A DNA stretch of 64,000 nucleotides from a virus (taxonomy: Duplodnaviria; Heunggongvirae; Uroviricota; Caudoviricetes). Within the stretch, counting starts at the first letter, position 1; the number at the start of each line of letters is the position of its first letter. Shown one piece after another: positions 38,796 to 47,666 of this stretch. The notes beneath the pieces are model-generated. The model did not search any database. It saw only the letters and a list, made by a program, of their open reading frames with translations, and had not been told where the DNA came from. The position numbers were made by a program, and so were the translations under genes. The stretch lies in the IMG/VR virus record IMGVR_UViG_3300006217_000002; one strand, given 5' to 3'.

Positions 38796-38830
38796 AATAA
38801 ATGGACGGGATCATATCCCGTCCATTTATT
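38796..38830. terminator. Bidirectional hairpin between convergent genes
   Basis: AATAAATGGACGGGAT-CAT-ATCCCGTCCATTTATT. Confidence 0.8.
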
Positions 38831-38871
38831 TTTTACAATAATTCATCTCTTTAAACTCATATTATTCTCTT

Positions 38872-39084
38872 TTAAATATCATACCCTCCATAAGGGATAC
38901 CTGTCATCTTTTCAAATTCATCTGCAGTTATCTTCCCTTGTACCTTATATTCGATAAGGAAATTTACTCTCTCGATCGGTCTATACAATTCCTGAATTTT
39001 TTCCAAAGCTTTTTTCTCATCATTAGTGAGATTATCTCTATCACTAAAGTCTACATAATATTGACTCTTATCATACTGCACCAT
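38872..39084 (-). CDS. Small hypothetical protein
   Basis: 70-aa ORF with AAGGAGG SD. Confidence 0.6.
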   Translation of the reverse strand: MVQYDKSQYYVDFSDRDNLTNDEKKALEKIQELYRPIERVNFLIEYKVQGKITADEFEKMTGIPYGGYDI

Positions 39085-39102
39085 AGTTAGCTATCCTCCT
39101 TA

Positions 39103-39849
39103 TTAACTTGCTTTAATTAGTTCCATAAATTCTGTGTAGTCTTTGTTTACGATTTTAATATAATCAACAAGATTAGAGCATGACTTCATTAATTCATCTT
39201 TAATCTTATCTTTTTCTCTACTATCCTGATTAATATTTTTTGCACTTCCATCATCTTTAATCTCTATTTCTAAGTTTAAACTAGGAATAAAAAAGTCAGG
39301 CATATAGAAATGAGATTTACCCTGGTATTCATACATGTATGTATGAGGAGATGGGGCCATTATATCTGAAGCAGGCCAGTGAAGTTCTGTATCAAGATAT
39401 TTTAAAAAATGTAGTTCATAACTTGATAGATATGAAAATTTACTTTTTCCATCGCTCCAGTTATATATACCTGCTATACGTCTACCTTGTTGCATTTTCT
39501 TTTGCATTTCAGGATCATCTAACAAGTATACTTTACCATGTTTACAAATCATTCTTCGATCTCTTTGTTGTTTATATTTATATTTACACGCCGGATTATC
39601 ACAGAATCTTGAATACTTCATAGTCAACTCGTTGAATTCTGTTTCATTGTGACACATTACACAACTACCTTTATCTTTCTTTGTAAGTAGATAATAAAAC
39701 CATTGATAACCAGTCATATCTCCAGGTATTAAATTTTTATGTTTAGTTTGATAATGCTCTCCCATTTTATGTTTTGCACTATGTATTCCTTTTTTATTTT
39801 TATCTTCAGCAACGCTATAATTGCAATGTTGACATCTGTAAATTTTCAT
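39103..39849 (-). CDS. Zn-finger + PD-(D/E)XK endonuclease (TnsA-N/T4 gp4-like)
   Basis: CQHC..H...H, CVMC..CDNPAC; SSYE, FYMPDFFIPSLNLEIEIK. Confidence 0.75.
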   Translation of the reverse strand: MKIYRCQHCNYSVAEDKNKKGIHSAKHKMGEHYQTKHKNLIPGDMTGYQWFYYLLTKKDKGSCVMCHNETEFNELTMKYSRFCDNPACKYKYKQQRDRRMICKHGKVYLLDDPEMQKKMQQGRRIAGIYNWSDGKSKFSYLSSYELHFLKYLDTELHWPASDIMAPSPHTYMYEYQGKSHFYMPDFFIPSLNLEIEIKDDGSAKNINQDSREKDKIKDELMKSCSNLVDYIKIVNKDYTEFMELIKAS

Positions 39850-39971
39850 AGTTTTAAACCACCCCTTTAATGTAGTATTTTATATCGGTATTGGTCATAA
39901 GATTTATAATACATGTATTATAGACCAGAATGTAATTATATTACCTAATTTATAGCAAAGGAGACATTGAT

Positions 39972-42515
39972 ATGAATGAAAAGAAATTTGACATCTTAAC
40001 AGACGTCGATATCACAAATCGCATTCACGAAATGGTACGTGAAGGATCAAAGTTAAAAAATGAAATATTCAAGTCTGTAATCATGATGAAAGATCTTGAT
40101 AAAAAAGTTATTCAGCTTTATCTTGGTTATGTTAATAGCTTTTTAAAATATTGGGATGAATATTCATCAACATTACAGGAAGAAATGAAAACATCTAACG
40201 GAGTAGAAGGAGTTAGAAGTATTTCATATGAAAGAGTCAGAGACTATGTATATGCCAAAAATGACTATGCTTCAGTGCTAGAGTTTGTTGACGGCTTGAT
40301 TAAACTTGTGGAAAGTGGTAAGTGCGAATCAATTGAAGATATTGAAGACTTCATGGATCATACATTATCGAAAGCATTTCCTTCAAGAGAAGCAGAAGTT
40401 GGAGGTCTTCTTGATAATGTACTGAATACTGGTAAAGATGGATTTATGGTTATAACTGATAAATCAGCAGCGTCTAAATATAATACCACTAAGTCTTACA
40501 ATATCTTTGACAGAAGAGAAAGAAGTGTATTATATAAAGCCGTTGAAAAGACTATTGATTTCATGACATATGATATCAATAAACATCGTTACCCTCTATC
40601 TAAAGATATGAAGGTATTTGTATCTATTGTAAATAATGTTGTCGAATATATTAATTATTCTCTGGCAGCATATGCTACAAGAATCTATATGGTTGCTAAA
40701 TATGCATATCCATTCATATTTGCAAATGTTAAAAATGATAATGCCATTGAAGCGAGATATGAATCTGCAATCAATAAAGATACAGATCAGAGCAATACAG
40801 AAACTACAATTTCTATATTTAGTACTCTTGATGAAACTGTAAGTAGAGATTTTACAAAGTTCAAAGAGTTCGAAGATGCATTTGATACATTTTTAAAAGC
40901 TATTGGGATTGAGAATTTGTATAACTCCAATGATGATAGATGTAAATATAGAAGATTGGAAGATAAAGCTATGCAATCTAATGTATTTGCATCTCAACTC
41001 ATCGGCAATGAATTGTATGAATTCTTTATCAAGATGCGTCATTATGATTACTTTGACGGAGTATATCAGTCAAGAGCTGCTGAAATGAATATGATTCTAA
41101 AGAGTTTGATATACAACAACGTACAAGCAATTCAAGGAACTTCAACAAACAAACAGAGTATACTTTATGTTATAAGAGATACAGTTCCGAAACAGGAAAC
41201 TCTTGAAAGTTATAAGGAAACAATTAGAGATTTTGCTGTATTCTCTATAAATCTTTTATATACAATAAAGGATACTGTTGAGAGATTTATTGGAACTAGA
41301 TCTGAAGAAAAAGATTATCCAAGATACAATGTAACTACTTCCAATATTATTTCAGAGAATCTCAAGATTGTTGGCGATTTCTATAGAGATATAGCAACGG
41401 CTTTATTATTCAGAGCTAGAGACTTTGAAATGAAGATCAACGAATTGAGAAATGCTGAGATTGAGAAGACTTTCTCTTCCCTTCAGATTAAGGTACTCGG
41501 GGGAGATAAATCAGATTTAAGTCCAAATGATAACAATATGTCTTCTGTTCCTGATACAACAAGAATGCCTACTGAGTTAATGGATATTTATTCATCGCCT
41601 ACATTCGAATATCTTCAGATGTTAGATGAATATACTATGTATGAGTATGGACTTGAAAATGACCCATACTATGCAGTAGGTTATTATTCAGAAGCATTAT
41701 CTATCTCTCAGATATTCAATACAATAATTTCAACGTTAACTGCCGTTAAGAAGAAATTTGATGTATTTTTTAATAACCAAAGTTTTACTCGTGCGTATAA
41801 CTGGGTTAAAGAGCATCAAAATACTCTTAGTCAAATGCAGTTCAATGGAGCTATGAGTGTTCTTCCATATGCAAAAGATATCAACATTAAACACATTGAT
41901 ACCATCATTAGTTGTATAAATGCATTTAATGAGAAAGACGTTGAAACACCAGAAGCAATGAATAATTTCATCAAAAAATTATATACGATAGATAACAAAT
42001 CCATTCAGGATTTGTTTGATTCTGAAAAGGTAGATGAAAAGACAGCGGGTGTACTGTATACAAACTTTGTATTATTTGATAAGGATCCTCTTGATAAGAG
42101 TAATACTACTGTCAATCCTATAACACTTGATACAAGTGATAAGATCAAAGAGCAGCTTGTTAATTGGATTGATAATGTAGCAAATGCTGATGCTACTCAT
42201 AAAGGATTACTTGATACAAGTAAACGTATTGAACAGGCTACGAATTCTTTAAAAACTAAAGTAGTCAATATCCAAAATAATCTTGGTAAGAATAGTACTC
42301 AACAGGCTCCACCTCTTAATGGATCTGAATCAGAGAAGCAGGATAATAACAAAGTTAATATCGGTGACGATAAACAATCATCGCTTGACAAACTTTTATT
42401 ACAAATCTCAGTTGCTACAAACAAGATGTGGGATGGATTATATTATCCGATAACAAAAGCTCTGAAAGATCAGTATCAGTATATCAAAGAGGCATATTCT
42501 CTTGGTCGTAAATAA
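39972..42515 (+). CDS. Large probable internal head protein
   Basis: RYES and YYSEA sites followed by amphipathic helix (ISQIFNTIISTLTAVKKKFDVFF); late-type motif at 39923. Confidence 0.5.
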   Translation: MNEKKFDILTDVDITNRIHEMVREGSKLKNEIFKSVIMMKDLDKKVIQLYLGYVNSFLKYWDEYSSTLQEEMKTSNGVEGVRSISYERVRDYVYAKNDYASVLEFVDGLIKLVESGKCESIEDIEDFMDHTLSKAFPSREAEVGGLLDNVLNTGKDGFMVITDKSAASKYNTTKSYNIFDRRERSVLYKAVEKTIDFMTYDINKHRYPLSKDMKVFVSIVNNVVEYINYSLAAYATRIYMVAKYAYPFIFANVKNDNAIEARYESAINKDTDQSNTETTISIFSTLDETVSRDFTKFKEFEDAFDTFLKAIGIENLYNSNDDRCKYRRLEDKAMQSNVFASQLIGNELYEFFIKMRHYDYFDGVYQSRAAEMNMILKSLIYNNVQAIQGTSTNKQSILYVIRDTVPKQETLESYKETIRDFAVFSINLLYTIKDTVERFIGTRSEEKDYPRYNVTTSNIISENLKIVGDFYRDIATALLFRARDFEMKINELRNAEIEKTFSSLQIKVLGGDKSDLSPNDNNMSSVPDTTRMPTELMDIYSSPTFEYLQMLDEYTMYEYGLENDPYYAVGYYSEALSISQIFNTIISTLTAVKKKFDVFFNNQSFTRAYNWVKEHQNTLSQMQFNGAMSVLPYAKDINIKHIDTIISCINAFNEKDVETPEAMNNFIKKLYTIDNKSIQDLFDSEKVDEKTAGVLYTNFVLFDKDPLDKSNTTVNPITLDTSDKIKEQLVNWIDNVANADATHKGLLDTSKRIEQATNSLKTKVVNIQNNLGKNSTQQAPPLNGSESEKQDNNKVNIGDDKQSSLDKLLLQISVATNKMWDGLYYPITKALKDQYQYIKEAYSLGRK

Positions 42516-42521
42516 CATTCG

Positions 42522-42557
42522 ATAAATAGAGGTGGGAATGATCCCACCTCTATTTAT
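42522..42557. terminator. Hairpin terminator
   Basis: ATAAATAGAGGTGGGA-ATGA-TCCCACCTCTATTTAT. Confidence 0.8.
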
Positions 42558-42564
42558 TTTAATT

Positions 42565-42574
42565 TATATATTAT
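42565..42574 (+). promoter_or_regulatory. Putative early promoter TATATATTAT
   Basis: Recurrent motif. Confidence 0.6.
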
Positions 42575-42614
42575 ACTTATAATAAATATAATAAGAAAAG
42601 AGGTTTGGTTATTT

Positions 42615-44003
42615 ATGGCATTTGAAGATATATATAAAAGTCTATTAGAAGATGAAAACAACTTCTTCAATAGCCAAGACTTTGGGGATGATTATCAAGG
42701 AGCAGATGAAGGAGAAGATTTCTTAACTAGTAAAGAAATAGTTAAGATGAAAGAGCATCCTGAAACTAATCCTGGAATACAGCTTCCTCCTGGTCCCGTT
42801 GAGATAGAAGAAACATTTGGATATTTTAAGAGATATAATACTCGTAGAGAGCATAAATATACAGAAACTGAAATGAAAGAAATAAGAGAGTCATGTGTTC
42901 ACACAATAGTTCATGACTATAGTGAACATGACGAATATCATATGAGTGATGAAGAACGAGCTCGTAATGATTCTCTTCAAGAGTTAAATTTGAAACTCGG
43001 ATCTCTTAAAAGAATCTATAGAAAAGTAGATCAGTACATTGAAGCAATGAGAGTAGTAGTTGAAGCATGGGAACTTCTTGAAAAGAAAGAAAACTATCTA
43101 CATTCATCAGACGAATTCTTCAGCTTGGTATCATGCGGAAAGATTTATCATAATAGAATTCCTATGCCTAAATTAAAAGGAATGGATAAATATAACATAG
43201 ACATGATTATCAAATATATATCTAATCCTGAATTAGATCCTAAGGATCTTGTACCTATTAAAGAAGAGAAGAGAGATCCTTGGTACGATCAATTCTTAGC
43301 TGAAGAAGATGGAGATTATGAATCAGAAGAAGAAATGATGGAAAGATTGTTATCACCAGAAGAAGTGGAATATATTCTTCATAATGCTGATAATCCTCCT
43401 GCGTTCAGAGTTAAAGATATCAAAGGTAAATACATTAAGGGATACGATGTACGATCATTCGGCAGATCTAATAAAAAGAAGATGAAGAAGAAAGAGAGAT
43501 ATATAGCTGATGGCCTTCATGATATATTAAATAAGATTCAAAGTAATCCAAATAATAGAGGACAAAATAACGAAAGAAGCTATCTAGTAACTAATAGTTT
43601 ATTTGAGCCTCCTAAGAAGGAAAAGAATGTCTGGGATGAAATGAGATTTGAAGGATCTTGGGCTGATGACGACGCCGTATTCTTATACGATATTGCTGTA
43701 AGAGAAGAGTTAATGAAAGAACTCACTCCTGGTAATGCTTATGTAACTTATGCCGATAGAGAGTTGCAGAAGTTCTTTAAGACATTAGAGGAAAATGGAG
43801 TAAACGTTATAGAGCTTCGTCGTAAAATGAATATGTCAGACGAGAAAGCTAAAGCTGCTGAGACTAAGAAAGAGAGGAAAGAAAATAGAAAAATTGAATC
43901 TGCTATCCTACAAAGGATCAGTAAGCTTAATGAAAGCCCTAAATTTAAGAAAATGGTAGCTAAGGCTGAAGCAGCGATAAATGAACAGATCAAAGAATAT
44001 TAA
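42615..44003 (+). CDS. Hypothetical charged helical protein
   Basis: 462-aa ORF. Confidence 0.7.
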   Translation: MAFEDIYKSLLEDENNFFNSQDFGDDYQGADEGEDFLTSKEIVKMKEHPETNPGIQLPPGPVEIEETFGYFKRYNTRREHKYTETEMKEIRESCVHTIVHDYSEHDEYHMSDEERARNDSLQELNLKLGSLKRIYRKVDQYIEAMRVVVEAWELLEKKENYLHSSDEFFSLVSCGKIYHNRIPMPKLKGMDKYNIDMIIKYISNPELDPKDLVPIKEEKRDPWYDQFLAEEDGDYESEEEMMERLLSPEEVEYILHNADNPPAFRVKDIKGKYIKGYDVRSFGRSNKKKMKKKERYIADGLHDILNKIQSNPNNRGQNNERSYLVTNSLFEPPKKEKNVWDEMRFEGSWADDDAVFLYDIAVREELMKELTPGNAYVTYADRELQKFFKTLEENGVNVIELRRKMNMSDEKAKAAETKKERKENRKIESAILQRISKLNESPKFKKMVAKAEAAINEQIKEY

Positions 44004-44030
44004 TAATATATTGAAACTACAATAACACAG

Positions 44031-44066
44031 AATATAGAGCATTATAAAAGACTAATGCTCTATATT
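44031..44066. terminator. Hairpin
   Basis: AATATAGAGCATTA..TAATGCTCTATATT. Confidence 0.6.
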
Positions 44067-44089
44067 AATTTTGAAAGGAGAACAATATC

Positions 44090-44671
44090 ATGATTACTAT
44101 GCCTATTGAGTTATATACTGATGGTAGTAGTTTAAGAAACCCTGGAGCGTCTGGACTTGCATATGTCATCCGTTATTGGGACATGCCTGATGGATCTGAT
44201 TTGCCTGAACCAAAAATTATTGAAAAGAATCAGGGATTTAGGCTTTCTACAAACAATAGAATGGAGATCATGGCTGGTGTATGGGGCTTAAGAGCAATCA
44301 TTCAAAGTGTAGAGGATGGAACATTTGCTGGCTTAAAACAGATCAATCTGTTCAGTGATTCTGAATATTTTGTCAAAGCGGTTAACATGAAATGGATTGA
44401 CAAATGGATGCAGAATAATTGGATGACATCTGGATTCCAGGGAAGTAAACCCAAAGATGTTAAAAACAAAGATCTATGGGAACAATTAATTGAAACTAGA
44501 AATAAACTTCAATCAATGGGTATTGCTTTAACAATGACTCATGTCTTCGGACATAACGGAAATGAATTTAATGAAAGGGCAGATAACCTTGCTGTTGAGG
44601 CATCTAAAGGTACAAATCATATAATAGATGAAATGTATGAGAAACTGACAGATGTCATGAACAGGAGGTAA
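44090..44671 (+). CDS. rnhA: Ribonuclease HI
   Basis: YTDGS..NPG, STNNRME, SDSEY, VKNKDLW, HVFGH.G..FNERADNLA. Confidence 0.95.
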   Translation: MITMPIELYTDGSSLRNPGASGLAYVIRYWDMPDGSDLPEPKIIEKNQGFRLSTNNRMEIMAGVWGLRAIIQSVEDGTFAGLKQINLFSDSEYFVKAVNMKWIDKWMQNNWMTSGFQGSKPKDVKNKDLWEQLIETRNKLQSMGIALTMTHVFGHNGNEFNERADNLAVEASKGTNHIIDEMYEKLTDVMNRR

Positions 44672-44675
44672 ACAT

Positions 44676-44822
44676 ATGTCTTATGAATCATTGAGATATC
44701 TTCCGATACTTAATGGTGTTACAATTATCGGAAATAAACGTTTCGAGGATTTCGGTCTTGTTCCTATGAACTCTGAAGAGATTACAGAGATTATGCTTGA
44801 AGTATTCGGTTATGTACTGTAA
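44676..44822 (+). CDS. 48-aa protein (not in ORF track)
   Basis: AGGAGG SD; MSYESLRYLPILNGVTIIGNKRFEDFGLVPMNSEEITEIMLEVFGYVL; P-x-[IL]NGV-x-IGNK motif resembles short modules of Firmicutes phage tail proteins. Confidence 0.65.
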   Translation: MSYESLRYLPILNGVTIIGNKRFEDFGLVPMNSEEITEIMLEVFGYVL

Positions 44823-44829
44823 ATTATGG

Positions 44830-44865
44830 GATATAAGTGGGAGGATTAATCCTCCCACTTATATC
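44830..44865. terminator. Perfect 36-bp palindrome
   Basis: GATATAAGTGGGAGGATT|AATCCTCCCACTTATATC. Confidence 0.8.
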
Positions 44866-44876
44866 ATTTTTTTGTT

Positions 44877-44886
44877 TATATATTTT
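44877..44886 (+). promoter_or_regulatory. Putative early promoter TATATATTTT
   Basis: Recurrent motif upstream of the nrd operon. Confidence 0.55.
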
Positions 44887-44968
44887 CATTTCGTATGTTA
44901 ATAAATCTTAAAAAATTAAGATTTGAGTATCAAATATTTAATTCTAAAAAATTTTAGAAAGGTGGAAA

Positions 44969-45205
44969 ATGATGAATAAAAAAATTATTTTGTACTCTAC
45001 TGGATGTCCTAACTGTAAACTTCTCAAAGAATATATGGATAAGAAAGATATTATATATGAAGAGAATAACTCAGTTGATGACATGGTAGCTAAAGGTTTT
45101 GATCGCGTTCCTATGTTAGAAGTCGATGGAGAAATATATGATTTCAACGAGGCGTTAATGATCATAAAAAAATATGTAATGGAGGTAAATAAAAATGAAG
45201 ACTAG
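44969..45205 (+). CDS. nrdH: NrdH/glutaredoxin-like redoxin
   Basis: YSTGCPNC, cis-Pro VP motif, first gene of RNR operon. Confidence 0.8.
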   Translation: MMNKKIILYSTGCPNCKLLKEYMDKKDIIYEENNSVDDMVAKGFDRVPMLEVDGEIYDFNEALMIIKKYVMEVNKNED

Positions 45206-46946
45206 TAAAGAGATTGTAGAACCATATCTCATGAAGAAAGACTGGAGAGTTAAAGAGAATTCTAGCTCGCCATATATGTTCGGTGGAATGGTTCGTTACA
45301 TGATTGCTGAGGTAAGTAAAGATTACTGGCTGAGAGAAGTATATACTCCTTCTATCACTGAAGCATATGTTGATGGTCATATCCATTTACATGATCTTGG
45401 CGGATTAACAATTTATTGCTGTGGATACTCTCTTAAAGATATCCTAATGAAAGGTGTAAGAGGGATTGGTAATATTCCTGCAAGTACTCCAGCAAAACAT
45501 TTTGATTCTGCATTGAATCAAATAGCTAACCTTACAACAATTTTCCAGAATGAAATTATGGGTGCTGTAGCGTTTAATGATTTCGATACTTTACTGGCTC
45601 CGTTTATTAAGAGAGATAAACTTGACTATCATGAAGTAAAACAAAGTATGCAAAACTTCATATTTAGTATAAACTCTAATAGCAGATGTGGAGCAGAACC
45701 TGCATTCAGCAATGTAACTTTTGACTTAACTCCTCCTGCTGATATGTTAAAAGAATATGCTATTGTTGGAGGTGAACCTGTAAGTTTTACTTATGGATCT
45801 TGCCAACAGGAAATGGATATGTTTAATAGAGCATTCTTTGAAACGATGTTAGAAGGAGACGGAAACGGTAAACTATTTGCTTATCCTATTCCTACTTATA
45901 ATATCCATAAGAGATTTGACTGGGATAATCCCAATAATAAACTATTATGGGAGATGGCAGGTAAATACGGGACTCCATATTTTGCTAATTTCATTAATAG
46001 TGAAATGGATATATCAGATGTAAGAAGTATGTGCTGCCGCTTACGATTAGACTTAAAAGAGCTTCGTAGACGTAACGGAGGCTTATTTGGATCAGGAGAT
46101 TCAACTGGATCAATTGGAGTTGTTTCTATTAATCTTCCTCGTATTGGTTATGAAGCTAAACATGACACAGAAGAATTCTTTAAATCTTTAGATAAATATT
46201 TAGATATTGCTAAGAATAGTCTAGAGATTAAACGTTCATGGCTTCAGGAAAATGTTATTGAAACTAATCTTCTTCCTGCATATATGGAATATGTTGGTAC
46301 TATTGATAATCATTTTAGTACTATTGGCATTGTGGGAATGAATGAAATGTGCGAAAACTTATTTGGAAAAAATATTCTCGATGATGAATGTCATGCTTTC
46401 TGCGTTAAAGTTGGTGATCATATTCGTGAGAAACTGGTTCAATATCAGGAAGAAACTGGGCATCTTTATAATTACGAAGCAACACCTGCTGAGGGAACCT
46501 GTTATAGATTTGCGCTTGCTGATAAGAAACTTTATCCTGACATTATTACTCAAGGTGAAGGTGATAGTGTTTATTACACTAATAGCTGCCATATTCCTGT
46601 TAAATTGATTGAAAGTATTGATAAAACATTTGCTCATCAGAATGATTTGCAGGTGCAGTTCACAGGAGGAACAGTTATTCATTGTTATCTTGAGGGAGCA
46701 ATCTCAGGAGAACAAGCACGCTCAATTGTAAAGTCTATGTTTGAGCAATATGAAGTTCCATACATGAGTCTGTCCCCTATATCTAGATATTGTGATAACC
46801 ATGGATATATCATTGAACATGTTAACAATTGTCCCTATTGTCAGAGTAGGTTACATAAATATCAACGTGTAACTGGATATCTTAGAGATGTAGATAATTT
46901 TAATCCTGGCAAAGCTGCAGAATTTAAGGATAGGAATCAATTATGA
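45195..46946 (+). CDS. nrdD: Anaerobic (class III) ribonucleotide reductase, no ATP cone
   Basis: IHLHDL, YCCG, FAYPIPTYN, SMCCRL, EATPAEG, YYTNS, FTGGT, glycyl-radical RVTGYL. Confidence 0.95.
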   Translation: MKTSKEIVEPYLMKKDWRVKENSSSPYMFGGMVRYMIAEVSKDYWLREVYTPSITEAYVDGHIHLHDLGGLTIYCCGYSLKDILMKGVRGIGNIPASTPAKHFDSALNQIANLTTIFQNEIMGAVAFNDFDTLLAPFIKRDKLDYHEVKQSMQNFIFSINSNSRCGAEPAFSNVTFDLTPPADMLKEYAIVGGEPVSFTYGSCQQEMDMFNRAFFETMLEGDGNGKLFAYPIPTYNIHKRFDWDNPNNKLLWEMAGKYGTPYFANFINSEMDISDVRSMCCRLRLDLKELRRRNGGLFGSGDSTGSIGVVSINLPRIGYEAKHDTEEFFKSLDKYLDIAKNSLEIKRSWLQENVIETNLLPAYMEYVGTIDNHFSTIGIVGMNEMCENLFGKNILDDECHAFCVKVGDHIREKLVQYQEETGHLYNYEATPAEGTCYRFALADKKLYPDIITQGEGDSVYYTNSCHIPVKLIESIDKTFAHQNDLQVQFTGGTVIHCYLEGAISGEQARSIVKSMFEQYEVPYMSLSPISRYCDNHGYIIEHVNNCPYCQSRLHKYQRVTGYLRDVDNFNPGKAAEFKDRNQL

Positions 46947-47428
46947 GATATCTAACAATTCTTGATGAAGACTTCAATAATTATAAAAAACCATCGATGT
47001 TTATTGGGACGATATCGTGTGGTGGAAAATGCTGTGAAGAAGCAGGAATACCTCTCTGTGTTTGTCAAAATAATACATGGAGGAATAAGACTCCAAAATC
47101 TCAAAATAATGACGAAATTATAGGAAGATACTTTTCAAACAAATTAACATCTTCTATTGTATTTGGAGGTCTTGAGCCATTTGAACAATGGGAAGAGCTT
47201 TATGAATTCATTAAGTGTTTACGTATTAAATATAGCTGCTATGATGATGTAGTTATATATACAGGCTATAATAAAGATGAAATTGATTCTCAAGTATTAA
47301 ATCTTAAACAATTTGAGAATATAATAATCAAATTTGGAAGATATGTTCCTAATCAAGAAAAACACTTTGATGAAGTTCTAGGAGTATTCCTTGCTTCAGA
47401 CAATCAATATGGGGAGAAACTATCATGA
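46943..47428 (+). CDS. nrdG: Anaerobic RNR activating radical-SAM protein
   Basis: CGGKC..CQN, FGGLEP, IYTGY, KFGRY, ASDNQ; follows nrdD. Confidence 0.85.
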   Translation: MRYLTILDEDFNNYKKPSMFIGTISCGGKCCEEAGIPLCVCQNNTWRNKTPKSQNNDEIIGRYFSNKLTSSIVFGGLEPFEQWEELYEFIKCLRIKYSCYDDVVIYTGYNKDEIDSQVLNLKQFENIIIKFGRYVPNQEKHFDEVLGVFLASDNQYGEKLS

Positions 47429-47607
47429 ACTATTATGAATCAGATGATAATCAAAGAGTTGATGCTATCAAAAAGGCATTAGAAAAAAATAATGGCTATT
47501 GCCCATGTAGACTTATTAAAAATGAGGATACTAAATGTCCTTGTAAAGAGTTTAGAGAAAGTAATGAGCCTGGTAAATGCCATTGCGGTTTATATGTAAG
47601 GAAATAA
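47425..47607 (+). CDS. Ferredoxin:thioredoxin/disulfide reductase catalytic-chain-like protein
   Basis: GYCPCR..CPC..CHCGLY signature. Confidence 0.85.
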   Translation: MNYYESDDNQRVDAIKKALEKNNGYCPCRLIKNEDTKCPCKEFRESNEPGKCHCGLYVRK

Positions 47608-47615
47608 TTATAATA

Positions 47616-47644
47616 AATAAGGGGTGGAATTTCCACCCCTTATT
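47616..47644. terminator. Bidirectional hairpin between convergent genes
   Basis: AATAAGGGGTGGAA-T-TTCCACCCCTTATT. Confidence 0.8.
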
Positions 47645-47666
47645 ATTTTTTAACGATGTTACATAC

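Noticed and set aside
39103-39849. Tn7 transposon suggested by a TnsA-like nuclease
   Set aside because: No TnsB/TnsC or terminal repeats; better explained as a free-standing phage endonuclease
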